Source: Malacoraja senta (lineage: Eukaryota). From it: DNA of 64,000 nucleotides. The notes under the pieces were generated by a model. It saw only the letters and a list, made by a program, of their open reading frames with translations, made no database searches and was not told where the DNA came from. Positions 12,043 to 25,806 of the stretch are shown here, piece by piece (the stretch's first letter is position 1; every line of letters starts with the position of its first letter). The position numbers and the translations under genes were made by a program. Location: contig CM075994.1 in NCBI GenBank assembly GCA_038087875.1, positions 11,534,001-11,598,000 of the forward strand. The letters run 5' to 3'.

Positions 12043-15000
12043 ATGAACAAGCATGCACTCCTGAAGACCGAGAGTATTTACTATCCTATTCTTGCAATCA
12101 TTGGAGTCCCAGGTAGGTGAGCCAGAGAATGGTTTTACAGATGTACGTTGATGTGCTTGACAGACGATATTGAACATCATGGCAAACATATCTGAAAACA
12201 TTACAGATTACTATGAAATTATTATTGCAAACAAAGTGCTGTCAAAAACAAAGTATCGTGCTGATCTCACTTGTGTACTGGATCTAAAAATCATGTGGAA
12301 AAATGATTGAATTTCTCTGACCGTAAAGTTATACATAAACGTTTTATAAGTAATATAATATTCTATATATTTAATATTAGTCAAGTCCACTGGACACAAC
12401 AAGCCCTCCTTCTCCACCTCATACACAGTCAACCTGAACAATGGCCGATTCAACGCTTCCAAAGAGGGGTCTGCATATAAACGCGATGTTTGAAGCTCTT
12501 TCTATTTTCATTCCATGCAGTTGATTTTGCATAGCTTCATTATACGAAGAACAAGTAAACGTACGGTGGCTTGCTGCTGAGCATTATCGATCATAACTGA
12601 TTTTAACTTTAGACTTCACGGCCGAAATAAAAAAAACAACGGTTTGATGGACGCTGTTCTCTGTATTCTGTAACTCTCGCTAAAGAATGTCAGTCATGTG
12701 TGCGAGTCCGTGCGCATGCTATGATCGCAGGTGCCTCATCTGTCTGATAACTTACCGCGAAATAAAACATGCAAGTCGAGGGATGCTGTCGGTGAGTTTC
12801 CATAAAACACACGTCTTTTTATTTCCATTGTGAATGCTCAGCTAAATTAGCTCACGGTTTACTAAGGCTGAGCAACGTGGTTTCTTTTAAAGCATTGTAA
12901 CATTTAAATACAAGTTGCACAAAGTGAAACTGTCTAATGGTCCTGATTTGACCTAGATTTGACAGCAGGAAAAAGAAAATTCGCCGTTGCATTTCAGGAA
13001 GATTTAATTTTTACATTCAGCAGACATTCAGAAGAAAGGTAAAACACTTGTTGCTTTTAGACACAAAATGCTGGAGTAACTCAGCGGGACAGGCAGCATC
13101 TCTGGAGAGAAGGAATGGGTGACGTCTTGGGTCACCTGTTGCTTTTAGACTGTTTTGCCAGATTTAATCGCTAACATTTTTGTTCTTATCGCCGGTGATT
13201 AAAGTGTTGAGGATCCATCTGCAAACTACGATGGGTTGTGTAGCGGAGATTATGGCATGCTCCAGGTTTAGTAGTTTGGGTCGAGACTACGCCTAATCAC
13301 TTCCAAGAGCACGCTCTCTCTTTACTCATGATGTTGCTGATCACCAAAAGTGTATTAGATGCGGTACCTCGACATTATTGAGCTGACATGTCGTATGTTC
13401 GCATTTAACCCATCAGACCTACAGCAGTCACAGCTCGAGAAATTGCATCGTGTTGCTTCTTTAAATGGTTACATATTTGCAAGTGTTCGAGATTATCAAA
13501 CCGGAATTAAACCTCTCACTAGAGCCCTTCAACACGTATTCTCACACGGCCAACAGGGTTATTCCGGGGATGCGCACGCAGACCTCTAGCGCATGGGTCT
13601 TACATTTATGTTTCCCAATGAATTCGTCTTGCAGGATAGACAACGATCACACGCATTTAGTGGTTTGCAAACTGCAAATATTTAGCAGGAGAATGCTAAC
13701 CTGTCAGTCAGTAGAGCGGGTCGGGATGTACTTGTGCTGAAAGCCGATCATGACGGTTGAAGCTGTGAACTTATCGACAGGTTGTGCCTCTGCCGTTGAG
13801 TTGTGTTGCCCGGTTTTTGTTGGCTCTGGAGCAACGGTCTGCCATCTGTAATTGACTGAATTTCAAAGCGTCAAGACACCACCGAAATAAAACTGGCGAT
13901 AAATGTTAAGTATCAAAGGTTGTCTGGCTTTTCGAAAGTCTGGACCTCGGTCCATGATATGTGTGCCGAATTCATGTGTGAATCGCATCCGCCGCACAGC
14001 CTATGTAGCGGATATCAGACGTCAGCCTGCTTGGTCAGTCATATCGGAAATTAATTTGTATACGTGGACTCCAAGGGGAGAGAAATGGACAGCAGGTTGC
14101 CATGAAAATGTTAACGATTGTCCCAGCTAATTTATTACAGTAGAGGAACAGAATGAGGAATGTGAGAAGTGTGTATGCAGAGGGGGGCAACGATGTACAT
14201 GCTGCTGTGAGCTCTAAATGTCACATTTGCAGATAAGCTGCGAAAATTAAATCTGTGTGATTATCAGTGGGGAGGCGCGGTTTCCACGAGATAAACTAAG
14301 GTAACATGAGTGCCAAACACGTGACAAATAAAATCTGAAATTAATAAGCATCTCTAAACATCCTTGGTCGACGGGTATCCAGCTGCAAATGGGCTTTGGA
14401 CTTCAGGCCAGGCAGGCTCCTATCACATGGAATTGGTTTTACCGAATCCACAAGGATAGCCCACAATACTGCTACTGCTCGGAGCTGTGTGCTCAGTCCA
14501 TGCTCTACTCCAAATACACCCATGTGTGTTTGACCACGTACAACGGTAACTCGGTGTTTATGTATGCCGATGATGCCACTGCTGACGGGCACTTCGACAA
14601 GAATGATGAGACGAAATAGAAGAAGGAAATCCGGTACATAGTGTCATTGAGTCAGGACACTATCTAGCCGTTAACATCTCGGCGACACAGTTGCGTGTGA
14701 ACTAAAGGAAGCGGAGAGGACAAACACCGCCCCATCTAATCTCTAGATGTGATCAACATTTCGTGTTATGTGGCATTAATATCACTAAAACAATAGCTGG
14801 TCCCTTCACGGAGATGCGATAACAACAAAGCGCAACCGTGTGTTCACTTTATGAGAAGTCTGAGAATTAAAAGGGGTCCAACCGTAAACCTGTGTAATAT
14901 AGTTTGTTATTCCAAAGTGTTATAGGCAAGAAAAACTCGTACACGCATGACAAATTGAAGCAAATGAATATATATTTCGCGGGTTATTGCTCGTTCGTAA

Positions 15001-15972
15001 TTCAATTTTCATCTTTTGGTTGCAGCAAATTTGGTGGCAATCCTGATCCTGTCGTCTGGAAAGTGCGGCCTCACTAGATGTGTCATCCAGTATCTGAAAT
15101 CAATGGCGGTAGCTGATCTAATGGTACTGGTTTCCGATGTAATTCTCTATGAGATTAAAGAGGCATATTTTCCGAATTCATTCCTCAATTACACCCCCAT
15201 TTGCAGTTTTGTTATTACACTGATGTATATTTCGTTCGATTGTTCCGTCTGGCTGACTGTCACTTTTACATTCGATCGATTTGTTGCTATATGTTGCCAG
15301 TCGTTGCGTTCAAAATATTGTACCATGAAGACGGCATTGAAAGTAATAACAGCGGTGTTTATGTTGAGTATTTTAGAAAATATTCCAATCTACTTTGTAT
15401 TTGAACCACGTGAAGTAATTAATGATATCCCATGGTCCTGTTATGTAAAATCAAGTTTCTACACATCACCCACCTGGGTCGCGTATTTATGGTTTGAAAC
15501 ACTCTTAACCCCATTTGCGCCATTTGTGTTGATTCTTCTGCTTAATACCTTGACCATAAAGCATATTATCATGGCCAACAGAGTCAGGAGCAAGCTCCGA
15601 GGGAGTAATAGAGAGGCATGTCAGCCTGATCAAGAGACTGAGAACAGAAGGAAATCGATCATTTTACTCGTTGCAATATCTGGCAACTTTATTTTCTTAT
15701 GGATGGTAAACCTTGTGTGCTTCATCTGTATACAGTTGACAGATTCTCAACTTTTGGAAACAGATTACAACGACTCGTTCACCATTGCGGAAAAAAGTAG
15801 CTATATGCTGAGGAATTTGAGTACTTGCACAAACACTTTCATTTATGCAGTTTCTCAGACACACTTCAGAGAGGAACTGAAGAATGTAATTTCACGTACC
15901 TTTCTTGCCATTGCTAATATATTCAAACGTTTGAACACAAAACTAACTTTATCCAAATATGTAATCAAGTGA
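12043..15972 (+). CDS. GPR139/GPR142-like class A GPCR, two exons (12043-12112, 15026-15972), 338 aa, apparently intact
   Basis: Exon 1 MNKHALLKTESIYYPILAIIGVP g|gtaggt joins phase-1 acceptor ttgcag|ca aat to give ...GVPANLVAILILSSGKCGL...MAVADL...FTFDRFVAIC...CTNTFIY. Open to TGA at 15972; 70+947=1017 nt. Confidence 0.9.
14300..14870 (+). mobile_element. Old Rex1/Babar-like LINE RT fragment in the GPCR intron
   Basis: Degenerate LYSKYTH...MYADDAT motif. Confidence 0.55.
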
Positions 15973-17914
15973 TAATTTGCGAGGCACATATATATATCTG
16001 TAACATGTAATAGGATTTGTCGTGGTATCCCTTTCCACAATTTCTTGGGATTTTGTTTCCCTATTTATTTACCATGAACCAATACTAAACCAAAGTGATA
16101 TTTTTGAAATATAATGTACGGTCATTGAAATAGTATATTTGTTTCCATTTACTCATCCCATTTATGACGACAACTTAGTTTGAAGTCCATTGTCTACCAT
16201 CAGAAACAGAAAATCGTTCAAGTCAGTATAATATGGTTTATTATAAACCGGGCGGAATTAAAGACAGACGGAATTTTAAAATAACGTTTTGTGGCCTGAC
16301 GGACGCCAAGGGTAACTGAAAATTTAAATGATGTTCCTTCCCACTGAGCTGATGGAAGCTTTTAACAACGATATCATCCAACCTTAAACACAGTTCCTCT
16401 TCTTTTTGCCTTTCAATTCTGCACGTGCCTCTTATAATTTCATATAACTGTATCAGATCGTCCCGGTTTTCCCATTTCTCGGCATCCCTTGCCGCAATGC
16501 ATTTGCCTTCTTTACCCACAAGTATTTGCTTTCGCAAAATTCCTCACTTCTCACATCTCGCGATAAAATTCACGTGCAATGTTCAGTCAAGGTTTCTATC
16601 TGTTCGATATTCAGCTGCAGGTTCAGTTAATTTTCCTCGCGGTCCACAACATCCATGTTTTTCCTGTCATCCTCAAACTCGCTAATCATATCTCCAACAT
16701 ACGCACCGAATTAGCAATTTTATGAAAAAAAGCAAAGATCCATCACCGATCTAAAGTCCACCGGTGGCCGCATATTTTCTAATGAGATAATAAATCTTCC
16801 ACCACCACCCCGGGGCCTTATCACAAAAATGACAACATTGCATTGATCTCCCTGTGAAGTAGACTACTGGCCTGCTCTACATTGTGAGATCTTGACAAAT
16901 GCCTGAATAAAATTAATTTAGGCATTGTTCACTGCCTTCATCCATATTATTAAATGCCGCAATATTTGTGAAGTGTTCCCACGCACAATTACATGCTGAC
17001 TATACCCGATGAGACATTGCTTCAGATTTAACGCTCCTTGGACCATAAGACTTTCAGACATTGGAGCACAATTAAGTTATTCGACCCGTCGACTCTGCCA
17101 GTCGATCATGGCGAATTTTCTTTCCTTCTCAACCGCATTCTCCTTCATTCTCTCGGTAGCTTTGGACGTCCTTACTGATCAAGGGCATTTGTATCAGTTA
17201 TCGGTTTATAAAGTACCATATGTTCTGACCTCTACAGCCATTTGTGGCAAAGACTTTCAAATATGCACCGCGTTCTGGCTAAACAATCTCCTCTTTTGAC
17301 CACTATAATCCTTATTCATTCAATGACTTCTAAGTGCACTCCATACCTTGATATGATCCATAATAGGTAAATAAACTTTTGTTACCCTGCTACAACATCA
17401 TTAAATGTTTGCACAGTTGCCGGAAAGGAAAGTGCAAAGTACTGTGATGGAATAAAAGAAAAACGTGGAAGCTAAAACCTTTTATATTTCTCCACCCGAA
17501 CGTTGACTGTTGCTCGTCCCACAGATATTGGTTCTCCAGCATTTACTGTTTCCAGTTCAGATCAGCACATTTGTTACGATCTTCACCTTACTATCTGAAT
17601 GAAGGTGGCAATTGTATAGTTTAACAACCTGCGACTCCTAAACTAGTATGAAGCAAAGAAAAGGTTGTGTAAACAGACCCGTACGAAGCTTTACAAAATG
17701 GGGGGTGGCATGACAGGATTACAAAAAAATTAATGTAAAATAATGTGCGCGCTGCGCACATCACGAGCGCGAAGCGTGAAGTACCTCGATGCCAGGGTCC
17801 AAGGCCCGCTTAAGGGCCCAGGAAGCTCAGGGGTTTTAGAAGCTCTCTGATGCATCCTGAGCCTTATTTTGGAGCTTTTTTGCAGCAAATCTATGACCAA
17901 TATTTCAGAATTTT

Positions 17915-20755
17915 ACAGGAATCTGAGAGGTAGCTTTTTCACACAACGGGTGGTGGGTGTATGCAACGAGCTGGCAGAGGAGGTAGTTAAGGCTGGGACT
18001 ATCCTAATATTTAAGAGACATTTTGACACGTACATGGATAGGACGGGTTTAGATGGATATTGTCCAAACGCGTGTGAGTGGGTCTAGTGTAGATGGGACA
18101 TGTTGGTCGGTGTGGGCAAGTTAGGCTGAAGGGCCTGTTTCCACACTGCACCACTCTATGACTAAAAAGTTAAGAAGAAAAATGCATGTAGATAAGTAGA
18201 GCAGATTTGAAAGAGGAGTGAAATGTAAAGGCAGAGAGAGGTCTATGGGTGGAAAGGAACATAGGAAAGGAGGGGGAGGGTGGGCTTGGGCAGATGGATG
18301 AACGGAAAATAGACACAAAGTGCTGGAGTAACTCAGTGGTTCAGGCAGCATCTGTGGAGAACATGGATGGGTGACGTTTCACGGAGTGCTGGAGTAACTC
18401 AGTGGGTCAGGCAGCATCTCTGGAGAAAGGGTATAGACTATATTTCGAGTCAAGCCCCTTCTTCAGTAATATGCATGATGTGACATGCATAGACATTCCT
18501 GCATGTCACCCAGACCATCGTGAACTACTTTGTGACGGTGCTTGCCCTCTCCTACAACGTCTCTGCTGCTTTGGGTGATGCAGGACAGGACACGAGCTTT
18601 GGGACATGGTGTGAAGCTGTTGCAGTATGTCCCAGCCTGGTAAAAGCCTGGATGGAGTGGATGTGGAGGGGATGTTTCCACGAGTGGGAGAGTCTAGGAC
18701 CAGTGGCCACAGCCTCAGAATTAAAAGACGTCCCTTTAGGAAGGATATGAGCAGAGGGTGGTGAACTGTGGAATTCATTGCCACAGACAGCTGTGGAGGC
18801 AAGTGGACATTTTTCAGAAGGAGATTGATAGATTCGTGATTGATACGGGTGTCAGAGGTAATGGGGAGGGCAGGAGAATGGGTTTGAGAGGGAAAGATAT
18901 ATAGTCATATACTGATACAGTGTGGAAACAGGCCCTTCGGCCCAACATGTCCCATCTACACTAGTCCCACCTGCCCACGTTTGATCCATATCCCTCCAAA
19001 CTTGTCCTATCCATGCACCTGAGTAACTGTTTCTTAAATGTTGCGGTAGTCCCTCCCTCAATTACCTCATCTGGCAGCTTGTTGCATACACCTACCACCC
19101 TTTGTGTGAAAAATATACCCCTAAGATTCCTATTAAATCTTTTCCCCTTCATCTTAAACTTATATCCTCTGCTCGTCGATTCACCTACTCTGGGCAAAAG
19201 ACTCAAGAGAGTTCAAGAGCGTTTTATTGTCATGTGTCCCTGATAGGACAATGAAATGCTTGCTTTGCTTTAGCACACCAGAACATAGTAGGCACGAATA
19301 CTGAACAGATCAGTGTGTCCATATACAATTGCATAAATATATACACACATGAATAATTAAACTGATAAAGTGCAAATAAACAGATTATTGGTTATTAATG
19401 TTCAGAGTTTTGTCCGAGCCGAGTTTAATAGCCTGATGGATGTGGAGAAGAAGCTGTTCCTGAACCTGGTCGTTGCAGTCTTCAGGCTCCTGTACCTTCT
19501 ACCTGAAGGTAGTGGGGAGATGAGTGTATCGCCCGGACTTGATCTATTTAAATAATGATGTTATACACCTCTATTAGATCATCCCTCATCCTCCTGTGCT
19601 CCATTAAATAGATGTATGGAGTCAACCTGATCTATTCAAATCATGATTTTATAAACCTCTATTAGATCATCCCTCATCCTCCTGTGCTCCATGAAATAGT
19701 GTCCCAGCCTACTCATCCTCACCCTATAGCTCTCTGGCCCTCTAGTCCTTGCAACATCCTCGTAAATCTTCACTGTACCCTTTCCAGTTTGATGACATAA
19801 TTCCTATAACATGGTGCCCAGAACTGAACACAATACTCTGAATGCGGCCTCACCAACTTCTTATCCAAATGCAACATGACCTCCAACTTCTATGCTCAGC
19901 CTGACCCGCTGAGTTACTCCAGCACTCTGCGAAACATCACAGAACAGGGCAAGATTAACAAGTTTGCTGATGATACAGAAGTGAGTGGTTTTGCAGATAG
20001 TGGATGTGGTTGTGAAAGATTGCAGCAGGATCTGGATCAATTAGCCAGGTGGGCAGAGGAATGGTTGATGGTTGCATGGTTCCTTGAAGGTCGAGTCGCA
20101 GGTACATCAGGTGGTCAAAAAGTATTTTGGCACTTTGGCCTTCATCAGTCAGAGTATTGAGTAAAGAGGTTGGGAGGTCATGTTGCAGTTGTATAAGACG
20201 TTCGTGAGACCGCATTTAGAATATTGTGTTCAGTTCTGGGCACCATGTTATAGGGAAGATGTCAAACTGGAAGGAGTACAGGGCAGATTTATGAGGATGT
20301 TGCCAGGACTAGAGGGTGTGAGCTATCGGGAGAGTTTGAGTAAGTTGGGACTCTATTCCATGGAGCGCAGGAGGATGAGGGGGAATCTTATAGAGGTGTA
20401 CAAAATCATTAGAGGAATAGTTCGGGTAGATGCACAGTCTTTTGCCCAGAGTAGGGGAATCGAGGACCAGAGAACATAGGTTCAAGGTAAAGGGGAAAAG
20501 GTTTAATAGGAATCCGAAGGGTAACTTTTTCACACAAAGGGTGGTGGGTGTGTGGAACGAGCTGCCAGAGGAGGTAGTTGAGGTTGGGACTATCCCATCG
20601 TTTAAGAAACAGTTAGGCAGGTACATGGATAGGACAGGTTTGGAGCGATATGACCAAACGCAGGCAAGTGGAATTAGTGTAGTTGGGACATTGTTAGCCG
20701 GTGTGGGCAAGTTGTTGCCAAAGGGCCTGTTTCCACACTGTGTCACTCTATGACT
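17915..20755. mobile_element. Cluster of CR1-like 3' fragments on both strands, with a Rex1-like 3' piece (about 19200-19530, -) and Penelope-derived short repeats
   Basis: RNLRGxFFTQRVVGVWN motifs, [14 protein letters not shown], gggccgaagggcctgtttcc tails. Confidence 0.8.
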
Positions 20756-20789
20756 ATCCATGTTCTCCAGAGATGCTGCCTGACCCATT

Positions 20790-22175
20790 GTGGCAGATTG
20801 TGCTTAATCAGCTGCCGTAGGAATAACGTCCTCTGTTGTGCCTTTTTGACTGTGGAGTCAAAGGTAGCCCCCCACTTATGGTCATTGGAGATGATGGTTC
20901 CCAGGAACTTAAAAGACTCCACAGATGTGACTGTGGTGTTGTTGAGTGTGAGTGGGGCGAGGGGAGGGGGAGCTCCCCTAAAGTCTGCAATCAATTCCAC
21001 TGTCTTAAGAGCATTGAGCTCCAGGTTGTTGCTACGGCACTAGGACGCCAGCTGTGACACTTCCTGTCTGTAGGCAGATTCCTCCCCATCCTGGATCAGT
21101 CCAATCAGGGTTGTGTCGTCCGCAAACTTGATAAGCTTGACAGAGGTGTCTGTGGAGATGCAGTCATTGGTGTAGAGAGAGTAGAGGAGAGGGGGAAGTA
21201 CGCAGCCTTGCGGTGCTCCTATGCTGAGCGTTTGCGGGTCCGATATGTGCTTTCCCAGCCTCACATGCTGCTTCCTGTCTGTCAGAAAGTTGGTGATCCA
21301 CCGACAGAGGGGTTCAGGCTCAGTCAACTCGGAAAGTTTGGAGTTTAGTAGCTCTGGCACAATGCAGAGCTAATATCAACAAATAAAATCCTCGCAAAGG
21401 TCCCCTGGCGTTCTGGGTGCTGGAGGATGACGTGCAGGCCCAGATTGACTGCGTCATCCACAGATCTATTGGGCCAATATGCAAACTGCAGAGGGATTGT
21501 GATATATTTCAGCTTGGCCAGCACAAGCCTTTCGAGTGTCTTCATGACTACAGAGGTCAGTGCGACAGGCCTGTAGTCATTAAGATAAGTAATCCTTGCC
21601 TTTTTGGGTACAGGGACAATAGTGGGGACTTTGAAACAGGCAGGGACAGTACATGTTTGCAGGGACTGGTAAAAAATGTCTGTGAGATTTCCGGCTTTTC
21701 TGTCTTCTGAAAAGCCTCTTCACCTCCTCTATTTTTATTGTTGATGAAGTGATGTTGTTCAGCAAGGAGGGAGTGGGTAATTGGGTGTGAAGTCGTGATT
21801 GGAGTGGGGTGGGTTTAGAAGGGACCAGTCTTTGCAGACTGAGGTCAGGCTGTGCGTGGGTGTGAAGTGTTGGTTGGGGTGGGAAAGGGTCCAGTCTTTT
21901 CATACTGGAGTCTTGCCTTATGTAGGTGTGAAGTGGTGAATGGGAAGGAGAGGGTGCAGGGTCCATTCTTTGCAGACTGGGGTCTGGCTGTGTTTGTTGG
22001 GGAGGGGGTACCAGAGTTACGTTTCTGATTTTCAAACCTGCAGTAAAATTCATTCAGTTCGTTGGTCAGCTGACGATTATCCAAAGAGCGGGAGGCTTTC
22101 CTCTAATAGCTGGTGATTTCTTGCATGCCCTTCCAAACTGAAGAAGAGTCACTGGCTGAGAACTTGCACCTCAAC
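20790..22175 (-). mobile_element. Rex1/Babar-like LINE RT fragment
   Basis: [63 protein letters not shown]; frameshifted. Confidence 0.88.
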
Positions 22176-22319
22176 TTCTCAGAGTACCTTTTCTTGGCAG
22201 CTCTGTTCCTCTTCTCAGCTCTTTATCGATTAGGCTATCTTTTAACTCTTTAACGATTAGGCTATCGGCTTGACGCATATTTGCTTTCTCCTTTCTCCCT
22301 CCCACGCAACGTTGGAAGG

Positions 22320-22660
22320 CCCGCGGCGGGCCCGCGGCGGCGGAGGGGGGGGAGAGGCGGGGGTCCGCGGCGGAGGGGGGAAGAGGCGAGGGTCCGCAGC
22401 GGGGGTGGGGGGGAGAGGCGAGGCTCCGCGGCGGGGGCGGAAGGAGAGGCGAGGGTCCGCGTGAGGGGTAGAGGCGAGTGTCCGCGGGGGGGGGGAGAGG
22501 CGAGTGTCCGGGGGGGGGAGAGGCGAGTTTCCGCGGCGGGAGGGGGGGAGAGGCGAGTGTCCGCGTGAGGGGGAGAGGCGAGTGTCCGCAGCGGGGGGGG
22601 GGGGGGTGAGAGGCGAGTGTCCGCGGCGGGGGAGAGGCGACGATCCGTGACGGGAGTGAG
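22320..22660. repeat. GC-rich minisatellite (~25-bp unit ggggagaggcgag(g/t)gtccgcgg)
   Basis: About 11 tandem degenerate units. Confidence 0.9.
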
Positions 22661-23059
22661 GGGTGACGTGGGCGGAAGATGGCGTGTGTCCTGTGTCTAT
22701 TGTTGCGGGCTATATTTTCTTTCACTGCGAGTTTTAAGTTACTGCCTCTGATGATTCTACTGTTGACCGGAAGGTGTCTGGTTGTCGGAATATTGCAGGG
22801 AACAAACAGAACAATAGAAAGAAAAGTGTATTCAAATGACGCATTGTCGTATATGCTATCATCTGTTTTTTATTATCCGTGAACATCTTATTCATTAGGA
22901 AGTTTCCGTTCGCTCTAATGTACAATGATATATATTTTCATTATAATAACTGCAAAGGTCCGTTTCATGTGGTTATGGCGGTAGATATTTTATCTCACAA
23001 AAGTTTAACAGTATCGACATGAATCAATCTTGATTGAAAGGTTGGATGAAAGGTTCGGA

Positions 23060-23380
23060 CGGTCACGGTTGGTCTGCGACAGAGTTGCTGCCTTACAGCG
23101 AATACAGCGCCGGGGACCCGGGTTCGATCCCGACTAAGGGCGCTGTTTGTACGGAGTTTTTGTACGTTCTCTCCGTGACCTGCGTGGGTTTTCTCCGATT
23201 TATTCGGGTTTCCTCCCACACTCCAAAGACGTACAGGTTTGTAGGTTAATTGGCTTGGAAAATGTTTATAAAAAATTGTCCCTTGTCAGTGTAGGATCGT
23301 GTTCATGTGCGGGGATCGCTTGTTGGCACGGACCCGGCGGGCCGAAGGGCCTGTTTCCGCGCTGTTTCTCTAAAACTAAA
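23060..23380 (+). mobile_element. tRNA-derived V-SINE (HE1-like) with CR1-type tail
   Basis: B-box ggttcgatccc, V-domain-like ggtttcctcccacactccaaagacgtacag, tail gggccgaagggcctgtttcc. Further copies at about 32860-33020(-), 41200-41790(-), 42648-42870(+), 44785-45000(-), 45910-46205(+). Confidence 0.85.
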
Positions 23381-23689
23381 CTGTACAAATTAAAAAAATA
23401 ATCTCTATTTCAATAACACACACCATTCGCTTCATGTATTATTATGCAAAAATATGATTATTAATCTGGGGCAATGCAAGAAGGTATTTTAAGAGAAATG
23501 CCACATGCGTTTCTTGCAGACGATAATTGTTATTTCGTATAAAGGTATTAAAAATCGAAATGATTGTTCAAAATTGAATATATTTCCAAGGGAAGGATCA
23601 TTGTAAAAAATGTTAGCATACGTTCTGAAATCTGTAACATAATGTTTGCAGCAAGGAGAAAGGAAAAGTTGTGCTTATGATGGACGTCC

Positions 23690-25080
23690 TCTTTCTTGAG
23701 TAAACGTAGTTTCCCCGATGCTATGACGGGTGCATCCTCACCCACATCTCCTCTGGGTCTTGCAGTTCTGCTCTCGCTCCCCTTGCCTTCGCACGGAACT
23801 ACAAAATGGTTCCCCAGGTCCTTAAATTTCACCCATCTACCTCCTTATCCAACACATTATTCTCCATATCTACCCCACACATCTTGCAATCTCCACTACT
23901 TCTCGGCTTCCATAAAGACCGCTCTCCCTTATCCCGTTGCAGCCTAACCACCCTCTCCCCAGGTACCATCCCTGCAGCACAGGAGATGTAACACCTGTCA
24001 TAGAAACATAGAAACATAGAAAATAGGTGTGGCCCTTGATCCCTTTAGCCACAAGGGCCACACCTAACTCCCTCTTAAATATTGCCAATGAACTGGCCTC
24101 AACTACCTTCTGTGGGAGAGAATTCCAGAGATTCACCACTCTCTGTGTGAAAAGTGCTTTTTCTCATCTCGGTCCTAAAAGATTTCCCCCTTATCCTTAA
24201 ACTGTGACCCCTTGTTCTGGACTTCCCCAACATCGGGAACAATCTTCCTGCATCTAGCCTGTCCAACCCCTTAAGAATTTTGTAAGATTCTATAAGATCC
24301 CCCTCAATCTTCTAAATTCTAGCGAGTACAAGCCGAGTCTATCCAGTCGTTCTTCATATGAAAGTCCTGACATCCCAGGAATCAGTCTGGTGAACCTTCT
24401 CTGTACTCCCTCTATGGCAAGAATGTCTTTCCTCAGATTAGGAGACCAACACTGTACGCAATACTCCAGGTGTGGTCTCGCGTACAGTTTTGGTCTCCTA
24501 ATCTGAGGCAGAGAATTCCAGGCAGTATAATTGTCATTATACCTCATGCCTTACATCCGTCCAATGCCACCAGTAGTCCTTCTACGTGAGAGAGAGGTTC
24601 GCATGCACCTCCACTGGCGTCATCTGGTGTTTTTTGTGCGCCCGATGTGGACGCTTTACTTCGGCAAGACCAAGCGTTGATGAGGCGACCATCTCACCGA
24701 ATACTTGCACTCGGTCGGGGAGGTGGTACACCATATTCCGGTTACTAAACATTAAAACTCGATTACCCATTCCCACATGCATTCGTGTATTTGGCCTCCT
24801 TCATTGTTAGAGTAATGCCACACGTAAGTGTCGGAACACCATCTCATATTCCGCTTGAATATTTTTCAAATTAACGGTATGAGCACTGAACCCTTCAATA
24901 TTTGGTAACTAACCGAAACTACTTCTCCCCCCCTTCTACCCCCCTGCAATTCGCCCCAACAGCCTTCGCACTCGTGTCTTCCTTCCCTCTATCCACGTGA
25001 AACCATCCGCCGAACAACCCCCTGCACCTATCCACCTACCATGCCAGACTTTGTCCCAATCTCAACTCTCTTCCATCTAT
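23690..25080 (+). mobile_element. Decayed Penelope-like element fragment interrupted by a CR1 3' end (24001-24478, -)
   Basis: RERFACTSTGVIWCFLCARC resembles the GIY-YIG region of the Penelope at 51.4-51.7 kb; CR1 tail tagaaacatagaaacatag at 24001. Confidence 0.7.
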
Positions 25081-25087
25081 CTACACA

Positions 25088-25806
25088 GGAACAAGGGAGA
25101 TGCAACGAGACTTGTGTGTCATGGTACACCAGTCATTGAAAGTAGGAATGCAGGTGCAGCAGGCAGTGAAGAAAGCAAATGGTATGTTAGCATTCATAGC
25201 AAAAGGATTTGAGTATAAGAGCAGGGAGGTTCCAGTGCAGTTGTACAGGGTCTTGGTGAGACCACACCTGGAGTATTGCGTACAGTTTTGGTCTCCTAAT
25301 CTGAGGAAAGACATTCTTGCCATAGAGGGAGTACAGAGAAGGTTCACCAGACTGATTCCTGGGATGGCAGGACTCGGCTTGTACACGTTGGAATTCAGAA
25401 GACTGAGAGGGGATCTTATAGAAACTTACAAAATTCTTAAGGGGTTGGACAGGCTAGATGCAGGAAAATTATTCCCGATGTTGGGGAAGTCCAGAACTAG
25501 GGGTCGCTTTTTAAGGATAAGAGGGAAGACTTTTAGGACCGAGATGAGGAAATCATTTTTTCCACAGAGAGTGGTGAATCTGTGGAATTCTCTGCCACAG
25601 AAGGTAGTTGAGGCCAGTTCATTGGCTATATTTAAGAGGGAGTTAAATGTGGCCCTTGCGGCTAAAGGGATGAGGGGGTATGGAGAGAAGGCAGGGATGG
25701 GATACTGAGTTGGATGATCAGCCATGATCATATCAAATGGCGATGCAGGCTCGAAGGGCCGAATGGCCTACTCCTGCACCTATTTTCTATGTTTCTATGT
25801 TTCTAT
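25088..25806 (+). mobile_element. Young CR1-clade LINE 3' end
   Basis: 202-aa [17 protein letters not shown]...RRLRGDLIETYKIL; tail (tttctatg)n. Confidence 0.92.

Noticed and set aside
15016..15025. ORF-track start for the GPCR
   Set aside because: It is a TTG inside the intron acceptor region; the real start is exon 1 at 12043.
17660..17915. Possible MITE or DNA-transposon fragment
   Set aside because: No paired TIRs or TSD found.
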